Below, one piece after another: positions 1-13,330 of a DNA stretch of 64,000 nucleotides (position 1 is its first letter; each line of letters starts with the position of its first letter). Under the pieces are notes generated by a model. The model searched no databases. It was not told where the DNA came from and was given only the letters and a program-made list of their open reading frames with translations. This DNA comes from Takakia lepidozioides. Its lineage: Eukaryota > Plantae > Bryophyta. The stretch is from contig CM060734.1 in NCBI GenBank assembly GCA_030704615.1, forward strand, positions 33,542,001 through 33,606,000, written 5' to 3'. The position numbers and the translations under genes are program-made.

Positions 1-11
1 CAGAACATTAC

Positions 12-1361
12 CTGAGGAAGAAGCTGGTCATCAGTGGGAAGCCGTAGGTCATCCTTGGTATCCCCATTCTCAGTTAGGAGGCTCACCTGTATTCACAAGG
101 TGGGAAATTAGTATGACCAGAAGCAAAAGAGCCTGTACAGTGTCCAGTAAGGGGAAAGAAGATGGCCAATATACAATGAACGACAATTGCTGGCCTTAAG
201 GACTCAGAAGCCCGTAAGATTTGCTGGGACAGAGCATAAATGATGCAGTAGGGCAGATGACACTTACAAATCCATCCTCAGATATGTCAATCAGCTGGTA
301 ATCAGTGCGCACCACCTCTGGAACCTGTCACAAGCACACCATAATTGTAAGCTAAACAGCATCTCTGTTATTATTAGCAAAACTCAGCCACACAAAAAGC
401 AAGTGGGTCCAGATAGACTCTTACATCACAATTGTGAGAAGAAGGAACAATATCCTCCAACTTCTTCCCAGTAAAGATGTCTATTCCCACGAAGTGACAC
501 TTGGCGTGACCGTGCTTTCCAGTCTTCGACGTTGACACCTCAACAACCTTCAGAGGACCACACACAGCTTATGAGCCTAGCTTCATCATTACACTTCTGT
601 CTGCGTCAAGTCTAACTCATCATCAGACATAAACATGCAAGTTCATCTCTACTTGCTAGAAGATTCAAAGTGTCCATTTCGGCCGGCGGAGTCTCACAAC
701 CCTCCACCGTTATGCTCTCCTGCACTCCTTCCTACTGTACTGAAAACTTAACCAACCTGAACTAAGATCAAACGCTGCACGTTGCCGTACTAAATAATAC
801 GAAAAAATTCAATAACCCTTGGTTGATTCGATATACAGACAGACCCAGTCTCTCCCGGTAAACACATTCCAAAAACGCAGCATTCGAAGCAATTGACCTA
901 CGAATCTAAATTAACGAGAGGACCAGCGTAACGTGAAAGCGACAGGACACCTAGGCTTCCGAGGACAAGCCAGGAACAACCTTCGAAACCAACAAAAAGC
1001 GCGAATGAAACACATGTAGAGGCATGTCTACCCGCGGGGGATCAAGTATAAAACACGACTGGAGGACAACCTCTGCACCAAGAAGGGCTGTACAGCATAC
1101 ACCCCTACCAGGCACACTGTCAAAAAAGAGTCGTAAGGCAACTTGCCAGGGACGAAAGAGCGAAACCCTGAAAGTCAGTCTGTGGCTCATAACTCATAAC
1201 CCTCAACACGCATACAAACGAAGAGACCGGAAGAGTACCTTGCAAGGCCTCTGCTTGATCACAATGTAAGCGTTCTTGCGAATGGTTCCAGCCTGCTGCG
1301 GGAAGGTCTTGGAGGCGCCGGCATCGGCCTTGGAGTCGAAGTGATGATCATCATCCGACAT
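12..1361 (-). CDS. eIF5A: Eukaryotic translation factor 5A (hypusine-containing); 4 coding exons in window (1239-1361, 425-547, 268-324, 12-86); 3' end runs off window
   Basis: Spliced translation [41 protein letters not shown]|[25 protein letters not shown]...SSHNCD|[19 protein letters not shown]|[25 protein letters not shown]. Contains the hypusine motif [12 protein letters not shown]; all introns GT-AG and in phase. Confidence 0.97.
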
Positions 1362-4300
1362 GGCTATATCTCCTCTGCTTCTTGTGTGCAGGCAGGCGGG
1401 GATTGAGACAGCGCAGGAGATCCCAAGCTCTTGCCGCTAGATCTCCCCGCTTCCTCACCTCCGAGAGGAATCGCCCTCTCCGCTGCCTCCCAATCCGCGC
1501 GCCCAACCCTGCGATCAAGAAACAAACAAAGGGCGATAGCAGATGCGAGCGCGCCAAAAGACAGCGTCGGGACTTTCCTCCAGGGCTTCGAGGCGGCCAC
1601 CCCCTCACCGTCCGATCCCCATCTGGACGGCTCCTGCCGCTTCTCCCCGCCCCCGCACCACCGCCCATTTAGGGCTTCACCCGAGTGGTTAGAAACTTGT
1701 GCCACCGCCTACTCCCGGTCACCCTCGCTCCCCGCAACTCCCCTTTCTTCCTTTCGCCACCGCCACCCGAAGGCCCTATTCCGCCCTGCTTTAGGTCGAT
1801 CCGGTGGCATAATCTGCCATCCACACGTGGCGGCTGACTCTCCGTACCTGCAGAATCAGCAAGCGCTGCTCATTCTGCAACGGGAATCGGCCCAGTGGGG
1901 TGTATTTTTTCAGATTTATACGCGTTGATCGTATATACGTATCGTACACTGATAACTGCCTTCGAAGCTCCTTGGAGGTACCCCTGTTTTCGACGAAGAA
2001 AAAAGCAGCGAGGTTTTTCAGAGTTCAGAGATCGATCTGTGTCAGTGTTGTAGGATTCAGTGTCGAAGTGGATGTGGGTTTGCACTTGTGTGGCAAGAGC
2101 AGAGGTGAACTCTGGAATAAAATTTCTGGGTTTACAGATGAATGTCGGACCCACCAACTAAAAGGAGGTTGCTGGATTTGCTCCTTATGAGAAGAAAATT
2201 GTGTTGACACAGCTGGAGACTAGGTATTCAACATGCAATTCAGAAAGCCATTAGTCGCGGGGTCTCCTTTGAGGATGTAGCAATTGATTCATCATAACAG
2301 GTGCAGCTTTATATGGCATGGCTAGTACAAAATGACAAGGGCCTCTTGGGCCCATTCCTTTCTTGGACTGCAAATCAAACTTCTGTCTGTGCATCTTATC
2401 AGCAAGTTGTATTCCTATCACAATTGGGTTCTGCGCCCACAAGTGGAGTTCAGGTTAGTCCGCAGAAATATTCCTTTAGTGCCACTAATTGTGGTCACAA
2501 AGTCGCCCATGGCAGGCAAGACATCACAGTGGGCTGCCATGAGGGCATGCAGGAATGCTATCAGCTCCAACTCTATCTCTGCGTCCAGGACTGGTACCTA
2601 GTCCCACCAACTGCTGTCCCCCTTTACTGGTTTTGTCTGGGAGTCTTTTGGCAGTGCATCAATCTTACAGTGTGAATGTTGGCAGGTTGGGTTTAGCTTC
2701 TTGTCTTAGATCACGATAATAGAAGAAGTTTCGGTCATTTATTTATATTTATATGCCCAGATGATGCGCACTCTTTCTGGTGAGTGAGGAAGCTCTATGA
2801 GTTTATCACAGCTAGAGAGATAATGTTAATAGGAAAGGCTCTGAACAGACCTTTCCAACCCCTAAAAGGAGGCTGGACTGTCCTCCAGCAGCTGCTGCAC
2901 GCGTGGGTGTTAATATGATCCTGACACTCCGCACGCCACACCATGACTTAGACCAATCCAACCTCTAGAGAAACTTCCTCCATCAGGAGAGGCTAATGTA
3001 GTACCTGCATATGTTGAATCCAGTATTTGAGAGAGAGTGGAAGCAAACCCTGCAATTGATGTGAAAGTCCACACAGAAAGATGTCTGAAGAGAGAAAACC
3101 CCCCAGCCCCCAACCCAAAGAGAAAGCCATGGGGCCCATCTTGAAATGGCCGCCTGAGTAAATCATTCTACCCTGCTTGAATGCTCTTTACCAGCCCTGT
3201 CAAATTGAACAGCAAATCCAGTGACCCCAGTACACCAGGGGCATTCAAAACGCACTCAGTGGTATAGTGTGCAAGTAGACCCCGCACCAGCACCACCGCT
3301 GGGAATTATATGCCAGCCACCCAGAATGGAGACAGCAGTACAGGTGCTTGATGTGTATTCACCACTACTGGCCGTGCAATCCGCAAAGTCACCAGCAATG
3401 CTATTTGCTCGACTTGAAAATTTTCAACACATAACTCTGGCTCTAGGACAAAAAACTCGTTCAAATGGTCTGGTATGGCACCAAGCTTTCTGCCTCCCTC
3501 AGTCACAGAAGTGGAAATATCTGTAGGACCCTGGTGTGGAGGACAGGCCTGTCAGAAGTGAAGAGACAGCGCCATGCAAGCACAAGAGATGCATCGTCTA
3601 TATTGACTGTCAAAGGCATAAAAAACACCTGCAACTCTTGAAGCCATGGTGGCAAGGAAATTTCAGTATCCTCTATCCTTCTACACTTTTCCAAAAACAC
3701 CCTTGTCGATGTGTTGTTCACCTTACCAACCATACACTGTTGCTGTGGAACAAGGGATGAAGCAATGGCAGTGGTCATTAAGACAGGCAACTCTGATCCC
3801 TGCAATTGCATGTCCACCTGCAACAATGCTGCTGACAGAAGGAACTTATGCACACACACTGCAGGTATGCCCTGAAGAGTTGGCCTCCTTGGATAGGGAG
3901 AGAATAAAACACTTAATTTCTCCACTGTCATGACACTCACTTCATCACTAGCTAAGACACTTTGGCCCCCTTTCCACGTTGCCTCTGCACAGACTCACCT
4001 GAACCTCTCATTATATGCCGATCATCATCCCAGATACAGAGCCTCAGCTTTTGAATGTCTGCTGTTAAACTAAGAGCTGTGATGTTGGCTCTCTCAACCC
4101 CATGACAACAGCTTGCTTCAGCCTTCGCTGGAATTTGTGAGATGTGCAGATAATACGTGGGTCCCACTTTTTCTATATTCACAGAAGCACTGGCCCATTT
4201 GCTGTACCTTGGTACTTCATGGCTGTTTGTGATGTCAACTCCAAGGGATCAGACCAACCCTTACCCTCAACCCTGATATAGATGTGAGCAGCTTCTTTTC

Positions 4301-4650
4301 CTGTTTCATGCTTAGAAGGAACAAGTCATCCAGATCCTGGAACTCCCCCTCATATCTACTGTTGGGGAATTCCCAATCGTAATCCAACTTGGAGAATTTC
4401 ATTACCCTTGCAATAAAAGAATCTCTTCTCCCACCTGTCACTTCCACTAACCACTCACAGTCATTGCAAATATCAATATCAATATTGATTTTACAGGATT
4501 GATGCTGAGAGTGCTCACTTCACCCAGTGCTAAAAGCACAACCATCCTTCCTCACAAAGGTCTCTAGCTACACTCTAATCTTGTGACTTCATGTCATCAA
4601 ATCACACGGCATAGGTAAGCATAATATGGTACAAAAAGAGTTTCAGCATG

Positions 4651-5965
4651 TCATAGCATCATGCCCCAAACAGCCTTAGATAAGTCGTACGAGGATTTCT
4701 GCGAAGGGTCCAGAGAAAATGTTGCAATGTCGTCCGTGTTCAGCAGGGCTTTCCATAGTTAAGTTGGGGAATCAGGCCATAATCACTGTACTTTAGAGTT
4801 GAGCTGTTGATGCCTTCAGACCAGAATAGACTAGCAAAATAAGATACTGTAACATGCAAACTTGCAGAAAGCACAAAGAACGTATGGGACCAGAAAGCAT
4901 AACAAACATGGCAAGGAGTAGAAAGAAAACTCAACAAGGGACAATGGATTGTAACCAGCAAGAAAAAAGAGGAATCTGACATTACTAAAGAATGGAATGG
5001 AGGAAGGATACTGCCAACAAATTTGTCAGTCTCTGACAGGTTGGGAATGATGTCCGAAACAGTTGAAAACAAGGAGAGCTCATTCCTGCATTCATGACAT
5101 CCAGGAAGTTACACATGCATATTGGCAGCCTCCCAACTGAAAACCTACAACTGAACAATTGTTGTCATTGTCCTCTCTGTCTTATTTTTCATTTCCCTTT
5201 TCTTCCTCAACCCAGGCAGAGCATATTCAAGTTACATTGCTTGCTGTGTTCTGATCCTTTCTCATATGGGGGAAGATAGCCCTTATTTACTCCTCGATTT
5301 GGAATGGAGCGTTGGTTAACCCTGACGTTGATTCTGTTTAGGCACCAGCATTGAGTGATATGTCAAGAGTCTACCCTGTGGACAATTCAAACTAATCCTG
5401 GATTGCCCTCTATGATTGCAAGGATAGTAATAAAAAGACTGACTTGAGACGTGACTCCTCCTTCACAAGCTGGTCAAGAGTCTGCTTTTGAGTCTTGATG
5501 GAATGCAGCTGCTCGCCCAGTGCCTCCAGGTCCTCCTCAATCGATGTGCATGCACCATCCACCCCCCCACCCAACACCTGGTATTCTCAGAACCACTGGC
5601 GGACGGTACCACCTGGTAGTCAAGCGACAAGTTGGAGGCACTTATCTGGCACTGGTTCGCATTTCATTTTCATTGCGGAGGACCTCTTCCAAGTTCTGTC
5701 GCAACATCTCCATCTCCTCACTCTGCTCAACATCGTCCTTGGCAGCCACCACTTCTTCCTCTTTCTGTAACAATAATTGCTCCAACTCTTTATGTACGCC
5801 AGTTTCGTAGGAATGGCATTTGGCCACCAACTGGACCAGCGTGTTGATAAGGTCCTGCAGCGTTGCCACCTCGTCCGCGGGCTTGAAGAGTGAAGGCAAC
5901 CCTTCCAGCAACGCTATCGTCTCCTCCACCTCCCGCATATCCTCCACCTCCTCTCCTCCCGACAT
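4651..5965 (-). CDS. SPC24: Kinetochore Ndc80-complex subunit SPC24-like, ~197 aa; exons 5646-5965, 5444-5545, 5012-5085, 4651-4748
   Basis: Coiled-coil N-terminus (ELEQLLLQKEEEVVAAK..., SIEEDLEALGEQLHSIKTQKQ) followed by NELSLFSTVSDIIPNLSETDKFVG|TLLNTDDIATFSLDPSQKSSYDLSKAVWGMML*, resembling the plant Spc24 C-terminal domain. The four exons join in frame (594 nt). Confidence 0.78.
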
Positions 5966-6083
5966 TGTGCCGTCTCTCTCCTCTCTCCTCTCTCCTTTCT
6001 CGATTGTGTACGCTGTGAGCGAAGCTAAAAAAGAAGTGAGGAGAGCGCGGGCGGAGGTGATAAAGCGAATCAAACACTTGTGT

Positions 6084-7760
6084 TCTTTTTTCTTTTTTCT
6101 TTTTTTTTGAGAACAGGAAGTAGAGGCCCTGGACAAGTTTATTGAAAATAGGGGAAAACAAGAGAACGGAGGAAAAAATAATGTCCAGGGATGCCATAAA
6201 GGCGTATCACATGGGGAACACCCAGCACCGATAGGAAGGGGGGTGAACAGTAGGAACAAGCCGGATCGTGGCTAAACTATGGTGCCTTAGTGATGATGAT
6301 GAATGAGCCCAAAGTCTTGAGATGAGCCAAAAGAAGAAGCTCCAGGATGATGAAGGAGCCCCAAGTCTTGAAAGGAACCAAAAGAAGGGGCAGAGGACTG
6401 TAGTATGCTACCAATCCTAGGGGAAGGGTAACAATATAACAAGTCCTGAAAACAAAGAGACTATCGACGACTGAAATCTAGATGCACTTTAGATTTAGAA
6501 CTGTGGGTCTTGTTGTGCTTCCAGTTGATGTCTGGTGCATCCGACTTAGCCGGTGACTTGCCAAGAGACGGGGAGGTGGTCGTGCCATGTAATTCGAGAG
6601 TCATCGATTCTGGAGCAGAGGATGTCGTCTTTGGCCCAGGTGGTGTCGAAATCCGCAAGCAATTGCTAGCTCCTGCCTTCACTGCACCTACTAATGGCTG
6701 TTTGCAAGGACACCCAAGCCTTACGCCCCTCAGTCATTAGATCCGAATATAGTTTGCAGAGTATCAGTCTGATGCTGGGGCGTTTTCCCTCAAAGATCAA
6801 AACACATCTGGCCTTCCATATTGCCCATAGCGTGTGTGCTCTAAGACAAGCCCAGATCGGGCATCCGTTCCAATAAATTAAGCAACAGGAGAGGAGCTGA
6901 TAGGGGTTGGAGGGCCTGCCAATGGGAATAGAAGCCTGCCACTATAGTCCAAATCCTAGCAGGAAGGTGGCAGGTAAGCAAAACATGCTCCAAAGTTTCA
7001 TTGTAACCACAGTTGCACAATCAGGCAGGCAGGGTTGTGGCCCTGAAGGTTGGCTGCCACAGGGAGGATTTTATTGGCTATCTTCCATAAGAAAACGCTG
7101 ATTTTGGTAGAACAGTGCTTTGCCCAAATATCCTTCCCGATTTGCTTCCATCATTTTTCCTGCAGGCTGAGGTTCCATTTTCCATTCCACTTAGCCGTGA
7201 AATTAGCGTTGCCCAGCAACAGTTTATAGCCAATCTTGACTTTGTACCCGAGGAGAGGTGTTTTCTTGACGTCCATCCAGGTCCATTCTCCCGGGTCAAG
7301 TTGAAGTCTGCTAAGGGGATAACGCAAGAACCATGTTAAGGGTGTCCTTTCGGCCCAGCAGAACTCTCCTCCAGGGGGTGGCTTGGGATCTGGTATCCCA
7401 GTCAGAGTTTCAAAAACTCTAATTCTAAAGGCGGATTCCTGGCACATGTGTCCTTACCCGATATGCAGTAGGGTCCCTGCAGAGTTGGCTAGAAATCTTG
7501 GGCCTTCCCAGTGCAATGCAGAGCTGGAGATAGCTAGCAAAGAATCTGTCGCCTTCATAGTTCCCGAACCAGCAGGGGAGGCTGTTATGCGAGTTGTCCC
7601 CCCTGGTCAGTAAAGGCAAAACGTATGACACTCCTTGCTTAATGTGCTCCCATCCGTGTCTGATAGAACTCGTGGAAATGAGCGTGGACAGGATGTTGGG
7701 AAGCAGAAAGCCTCCATTTTCCCAGATATCGGCTATGTGTTCTTATTCTCTTCCTCTTTT
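6084..7760 (-). mobile_element. 5'-truncated L1-like LINE remnant with poly(A) tail
   Basis: Minus strand encodes the ORF2 C-terminal signature AHTLWAIWKARCVLIFEGKRPS (~6780-6845). A-rich tail at ~6084-6110 (T-run on +). Homologous to the + strand copy at ~47.1-48.0 kb, including the 3' UTR motif TGGGTGTWCCCCATGYGATACGCCTTTAYGGCAT. Confidence 0.75.
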
Positions 7761-8233
7761 TTTTTTGAAGGAAAACCGGCTGGCCTTGAGAGGGAAAGCA
7801 AACCTTTATGAGTAATGAGCCCCAGACCCATAGGTCAATGCACTGTAACGAACAGACTATTTTTTCATACACAGATTATGGATGACAAAATGTTGCAATT
7901 TGTTTCTTTCTGATTTTTTGTTGCATGCACTCAAACTACCACTTCACATATTCATTTGATCACGATGTATTTTTCGTTTTTATTTTTAAATATTTCAATT
8001 GGTTTCGACAGCTGATCAATGCAGAGAAAAACTTTCAGTCGCAAATATGGATAGCATTCAAGCATAAAAAACTACATGAAGTAGAAGCTCCTCTGCATGA
8101 ATATTCAGATGCTAAGTCCACGATACTTGTGCATGCAGTTCGACATGGAGATCAGTCAGCAAATGAACTCAAAAAGAGAGCAAGCATTTTATGGGGCTTA
8201 TTCAACTTACTGCACTGTCCCTATTAATTAATA

Positions 8234-9581
8234 CTAGGGTAGCTTGTGCCGTTGGCCCAAGTGTCCAGTGTCATCTAAGCCCAGATGTAAGATCTTCTAT
8301 GTATCCCGGTGCATCTCCTATGTCGAGGCCCAAGTGCGACCTCTAGGGTAGCCCATGTGTGAAGAATTGAAATCTAAGACCAAGTGCAATTTCCTATGTA
8401 TCCCAGTGTGTCTCCTATGTCGAGGCCCAAGTGCGACCTCTAGTGTAGCCTATGTCGTTGGCCCATGTGTGAAGAATTGAAATCTAAGACCAATACTTGC
8501 AATTTCCTATGTATCCAAGTGTCTTCTATGTCGAGGCCCATCTAATTAAGCCCAAGTGCAATCTTCTATTCATGTATCCAAGTGCATCTCCCATTTAGAG
8601 GCCCAAGTGTCCAGTGTCATCTAAGCCCAAGTACAATCTCCTATGTATCCAAGTACGTCTCCAATGTCAAGGCCCACTTTGCTATTTTTTGTGAATTTCC
8701 AGCGACCAAAAGTACTTGAAACTCCAAATGTCCCACATGAAAGGCCAATCATTGCTCCATGAAAGCCCACTTTGCTCTTTTTCTCGAATTTCCAACGACC
8801 CAAAGTACTTGAAATTCTAGATCTCCCACACCGCTGGTCCAAAAATCATGAGACCAAGTCGGTGCACCCCTCCTCACTGAGGGTTTTCCAACTATACCAA
8901 GCACCCGCGCTGGCCCCGCGGTTTGGGAGATCTTAACGACGCTACAAAACAAAACAAACGTCTCGCTTCATATATTGACTAGGGTAGCCTGTGCCGTTGG
9001 CCCAAGTGTCATCTAAGTCCAAGTGCAATCCCCTACGTATTCAAATAGCTTCTCCTATGTCAAGGACCATGTTTGAAGAATTGAAATCTAAGCCCAAGTG
9101 CAATCTTCTATTCATGGATCCAAGTGCATCTCCAATCTACAAGCCCAAGTGTCCAATGTCATCTAAGTCCAAGTGCAATCCCATATCTAATCCATTTTCT
9201 TTTTTTTTCCAAAGAGCCTATGACCAGATTTGAACCGGAGACCTTTCCCTAGATATCTCTCCCCTCGAGGCTCGAAGCATTGTCCAAGAATGCCCACTTT
9301 GCCATTTTTGCTATGTTTTTGCAAATTTCCAGCGACCAAAAGTACTTGAAATTCCAAATCTCCCACGTGACTGAGGGCCAATCATTGCTCCAGGAAACCC
9401 CACTTTGCTATTTTTCTCGAATTTCCAACGATCCAAAGCACTTGAAATTCCAGATCTCCCACACCGCTGGTCCAAAAAACATGAGACCAAGCCGGTGCAC
9501 CCCTCCTCGACGCCACCAAGCACCCGCATTGGGTCTCAAGAACGCTACAAAACAAAACAAACGTCTCGCTTCATATATTGA
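8234..9581 (-). mobile_element. Non-autonomous Helitron, head-to-tail tandem dimer (units 8979-9581 and 8234-8978)
   Basis: On the minus strand each unit starts TC(AATATATGAAGCG) and ends with a hairpin CTTGGGCC-AAC-GGCACA(A/G)G followed by CTAG. The junction reads CTAG|TC and the outer flanks are A and T. Internal degenerate GCCCAAGTGCAAT repeats. Confidence 0.8.
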
Positions 9582-10619
9582 TAGCTAGATCCTTTAAAGT
9601 TTTTTTTAAAAAAAATGCTTATGTTCAATTCACAATAATACTAATGGTTCGTAGATCATCTAAAATCCATTTAATAATATACAGTCACATTAGTGAAACA
9701 AAGATAATCCTATATGTTATTTTAAAGATCATTCAAAAGATGTTGTTATTTTGCTAAAATAAGTTTAATGTTGCTCTTTTGTTCACATGCATGCATCAGA
9801 TGTGGCCCGCTGCTCACATAAAACGCAAGCTGGGAAGAAAATTCACTCATTGTAATCGGAGGATTAATGACAAGCTGAAAAAAACTCTCTCACGATGAAC
9901 TTAGTTAGCTAAAACCTCATGCGCACTAAACAATGCAGAATGTTGAGCAATCGTTCCTGCTCGTCGTGGAGCCCCTATCTCTAGTGTAATAAACGCAAAA
10001 AAGTGATACATCCAAACACAACACCTCCTGGAAGAGTCGCCTAGAAGGCCCCACAATCTGATGACCATCACCACCACCCTGGTCTGACTCTCTACCCCTT
10101 CGACCACCACGCTCTGATCATCTACCACGTCGTCTGCGTTCTGCTCCTTTACTATGATTCTGAATATTTTTGGTACGGTGACTCACCACTAAAGTACACC
10201 CCTCACCATCGATAGCAGCAGGTGTAAGTGGGCAACTAGTCTGCACATCTGATAAAACCTTTAAAATCCTTCATATGAAGATAATCTAGTTAAATAATAA
10301 TTAATCCATCTTAATGTTTAGCCGTGGACAAAGAAGGGGTGGAAGAGAGATGGATCATCCAAATATAAAATGGTCTCTTGCTAGCTACAAATTCCTTCAG
10401 TTTACAATAAAGGGAAGGAGGGGAAAAAAAGGAAAGCACCAAATGATGAGGGATGTATAGCACAATAAGAGGGGAATGAGTAGTTGGACCATCTTGTTAC
10501 TTGCTTGTTGCTTCTGCATTTTTCATTTGTTGTGCACCTAAGCATCGTGCCACAACATACATCGCTGTCCACCACACAATCTAAAGCACACAATCCTAGA
10601 AAGCAGTCTGTCGTAGGAG

Positions 10620-11828
10620 CAGTCTGCTGAGATAGACATAGTCACCAGGGTTGAATCTCCGAACCCCAGGACGATAGCCCCCACCATGTATGGTAGTATA
10701 CCTCAACATATCACGATGTTGTGCAATGGCAAGGTTCTCGAAAGCCATGGGCATGACTTTCTTGAACAACTCTGCACGCTGCTCACATGCATGTGCCCAC
10801 ACGTCCGGATCATCAAGATTAAGAACTGTAGCAGCTTCTCTGCGAATGGATGTAGGCAAATCCGGCTCTCGGCCAAAGAGAAGAAAGTATGGTGAGAAGG
10901 AGGCAAGTGATGCTTGCTTGCTGAACCTGTAGCCCATGGCTAACCAGGGTAACTGAAGGTCCCAATCTCCTAGGTGTCCCTTCTGCAAGCCATACTTGCG
11001 CAAACCCCTCTTTACTATCTGAACAACTCTCTCTGCCAAGCCATCGGCCTCAGGATGATCCCGAGAAGTGGTGCGGTGGTCTATCAAGGCCTTGTCACAC
11101 CAAGCCTGAAACTCCCCCAAGAACTCTCTCCCTTGGTCCGTGAGTACCTCAGCTGGAGCACCGAATTGGCTAAGCACACAATCCAAGAATGCATACGCAG
11201 CTCCCTCACTAGCCTTATCAGGCAATGGAACCAATTCAATCCACTTGGAGAAGTGTTCCACCATCACCAACGCGTACTTGTTGTGGCGCATGGTCAGTGG
11301 CAACGGCCCTGCGAAGTCAAGACTCCACCTGTAGCCCAATCCCATGATCGGAAGAGGGTGCAATTGTGGAGTAGGGGCGTTGAATGAAGCACGCACCCTG
11401 TCACACACCATGCACCTAGCCACAAATTGTTGCACCTCTGTGTGCATACCACGCCACCAATATTGCCCCTGCAGTAGACTATGAGTGCGTCGCACCCCAA
11501 AATGCCCCAACTCCTCATGGGCATGCCGCACTAACCGTGCCCGCTGTGTTGGGTGAGGCACAATCCTCACTCGACCATCCTCCCACACTCGGAGCAGGTG
11601 TGTCCCCTCCCACTTGAACCTCTTGGCTCGTTGTAGGATCCGATCCCTCTCCTTGGCAGTCACAGTGGCTGCAGTGTCTCCAGTGCGGAGGTAGTCCAAC
11701 ACAACTGAATCCTCATGTATATCTTTGGCGCCACCTTGCTCATTGCTGGCCTCAGGGTCCTCAGACACTTGATCTACAGTCATCCCTGTTGTATGTCCAA
11801 CCTGGCCTTCCGCTGCCAAGATACACAT
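10620..11828 (-). pseudogene. Gypsy integrase (HHCC + DDE core), C-terminally truncated
   Basis: HEELGHFG...CMVC zinc finger; WSLDFAGP, VLTDQG, GLAERVV catalytic motifs; homology stops after PGDYVYL. Confidence 0.92.
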
Positions 11829-11900
11829 AAATGCAGATGCATGTCATCCGGGCACCATCTTCTCGTCCGTCTCACCATGCCACCAAGCTCCAGTGTCATC

Positions 11901-13330
11901 CTACTGGCTCGTGCATGGATTGCGACTCAACCCATCTGCATTGCGATTGACCAAACCCGGTCGATGCACCACCTGAAAGTCATACTCTTGAAGGATGAGT
12001 GCCCACCGTGCAAGCTTTCCCGTAAGCTTGTCTGACTCTATCAACCACTTGAGTGGTTGGTGATCCGTGACAAGGGTGAAGAGATTGTCGTATAGATAGC
12101 ACCTGAAGTGTGCCACGGCCCACACTGCAGCTAAGCATTCTCCCTCATATGAGCTATACTTATACTCTACAACGTTGTTCGAGCGGCTAGCATAAGCCAC
12201 TACGAACTCTCTTCCCTCATCATCCACCTGTGTGAGCACCGCTCCAAGCCCCAACATGCTCCAATCTGTATGCAGCTGAAAAGGACGCCCCCTGATAGGT
12301 CGTCTCAAGATGGGCGCTGAGGTCAACCTCGCCTTGAGCTCTTGAAAAGCTTGTTCTTGCTCATCTTCCCACTGCCACTCTTGGTTTACCTTGGTCAGCT
12401 TGGTTAGAGCCTTTGCAATGGCACTAAATCCCTTAACAAACCGTCTATAATAGTTTGCTAACCCCATGAAAGCTCGAACTCGGCTCTCATCCGTGGGGCG
12501 TGGAACCTGTGCAATGGACTCTACCTTAGTCTGCTATACCCCCAATCCTCTAGGATATATCATGTGACCCAGATACTCAATCTGGTTGTGGAAAAACTTG
12601 CACTTTCCCAGATGTAACTTCAATCCGTGCGCCCTCAAGCGCTCAAATATCACCTGAAGGTGTCTCTCATGCTCTTCCACCGTAGCACTAAAGATGATGA
12701 TGTCATCTATGTAGCACCGAGCAAACTCCACACCTGCTAGAATCTTGTCCATGATTCTCTGAAACTCTGCCGGAGCGTTCTTAAGCCCAAATGGTAAGAA
12801 CCGCCACTGGTATAGGCAATCCTTCCCGTGCTCATTGATCCCCCAGAATGTCGTCTTTTGCTTATCCGCCTCCTTGATCGGCAACTGGTGATATCCGGAT
12901 CGTAAATCCAACGTGCTAAAGACCTTGGCATGCCCAATGGCATCAAAGATCTCCTCTGGTGTTGGCATGGCATACCTATCGGACTTGGTCTGACGATTTA
13001 CAGGCCGGTAATCACCGCACATACGTCTCTTCGTCCAATTGCCAAAGACATCCTTCTTGGCTGGCATCACTGTGGCTGAAGCATACTCTCCCCCAGATAG
13101 CTCCACCAAACCCGCCTCCCAAAGGTCCTAAGTTCTCATCTGAATCAAGGACCTCTCCATGTCACTGTATCTATAGGGTCTCCGAAAGATTGGCGTGTCA
13201 GTAGCCAATTCAATGCGAATCTCTTGACCCTTCAGTGCTCCTAAGTCCTTCAAACTGAAGGCAAAGCAGTTCCTGTAAGCCCTCAAGAACCACCGTATAT
13301 GTCGTCTCTCTCCTCCGGTGACTATAGGTC
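11901..13330 (-). pseudogene. Gypsy reverse transcriptase and RNase H
   Basis: [34 protein letters not shown]; RNase H LHTDWS...YEGECLA...TDHQPL...ADGLSR. Confidence 0.95.

Noticed and set aside
1362-1378. GAGGAGATATAGCC before the eIF5A ATG, resembling a T7/bacterial RBS
   Set aside because: The gene has spliceosomal introns; the match is coincidental.
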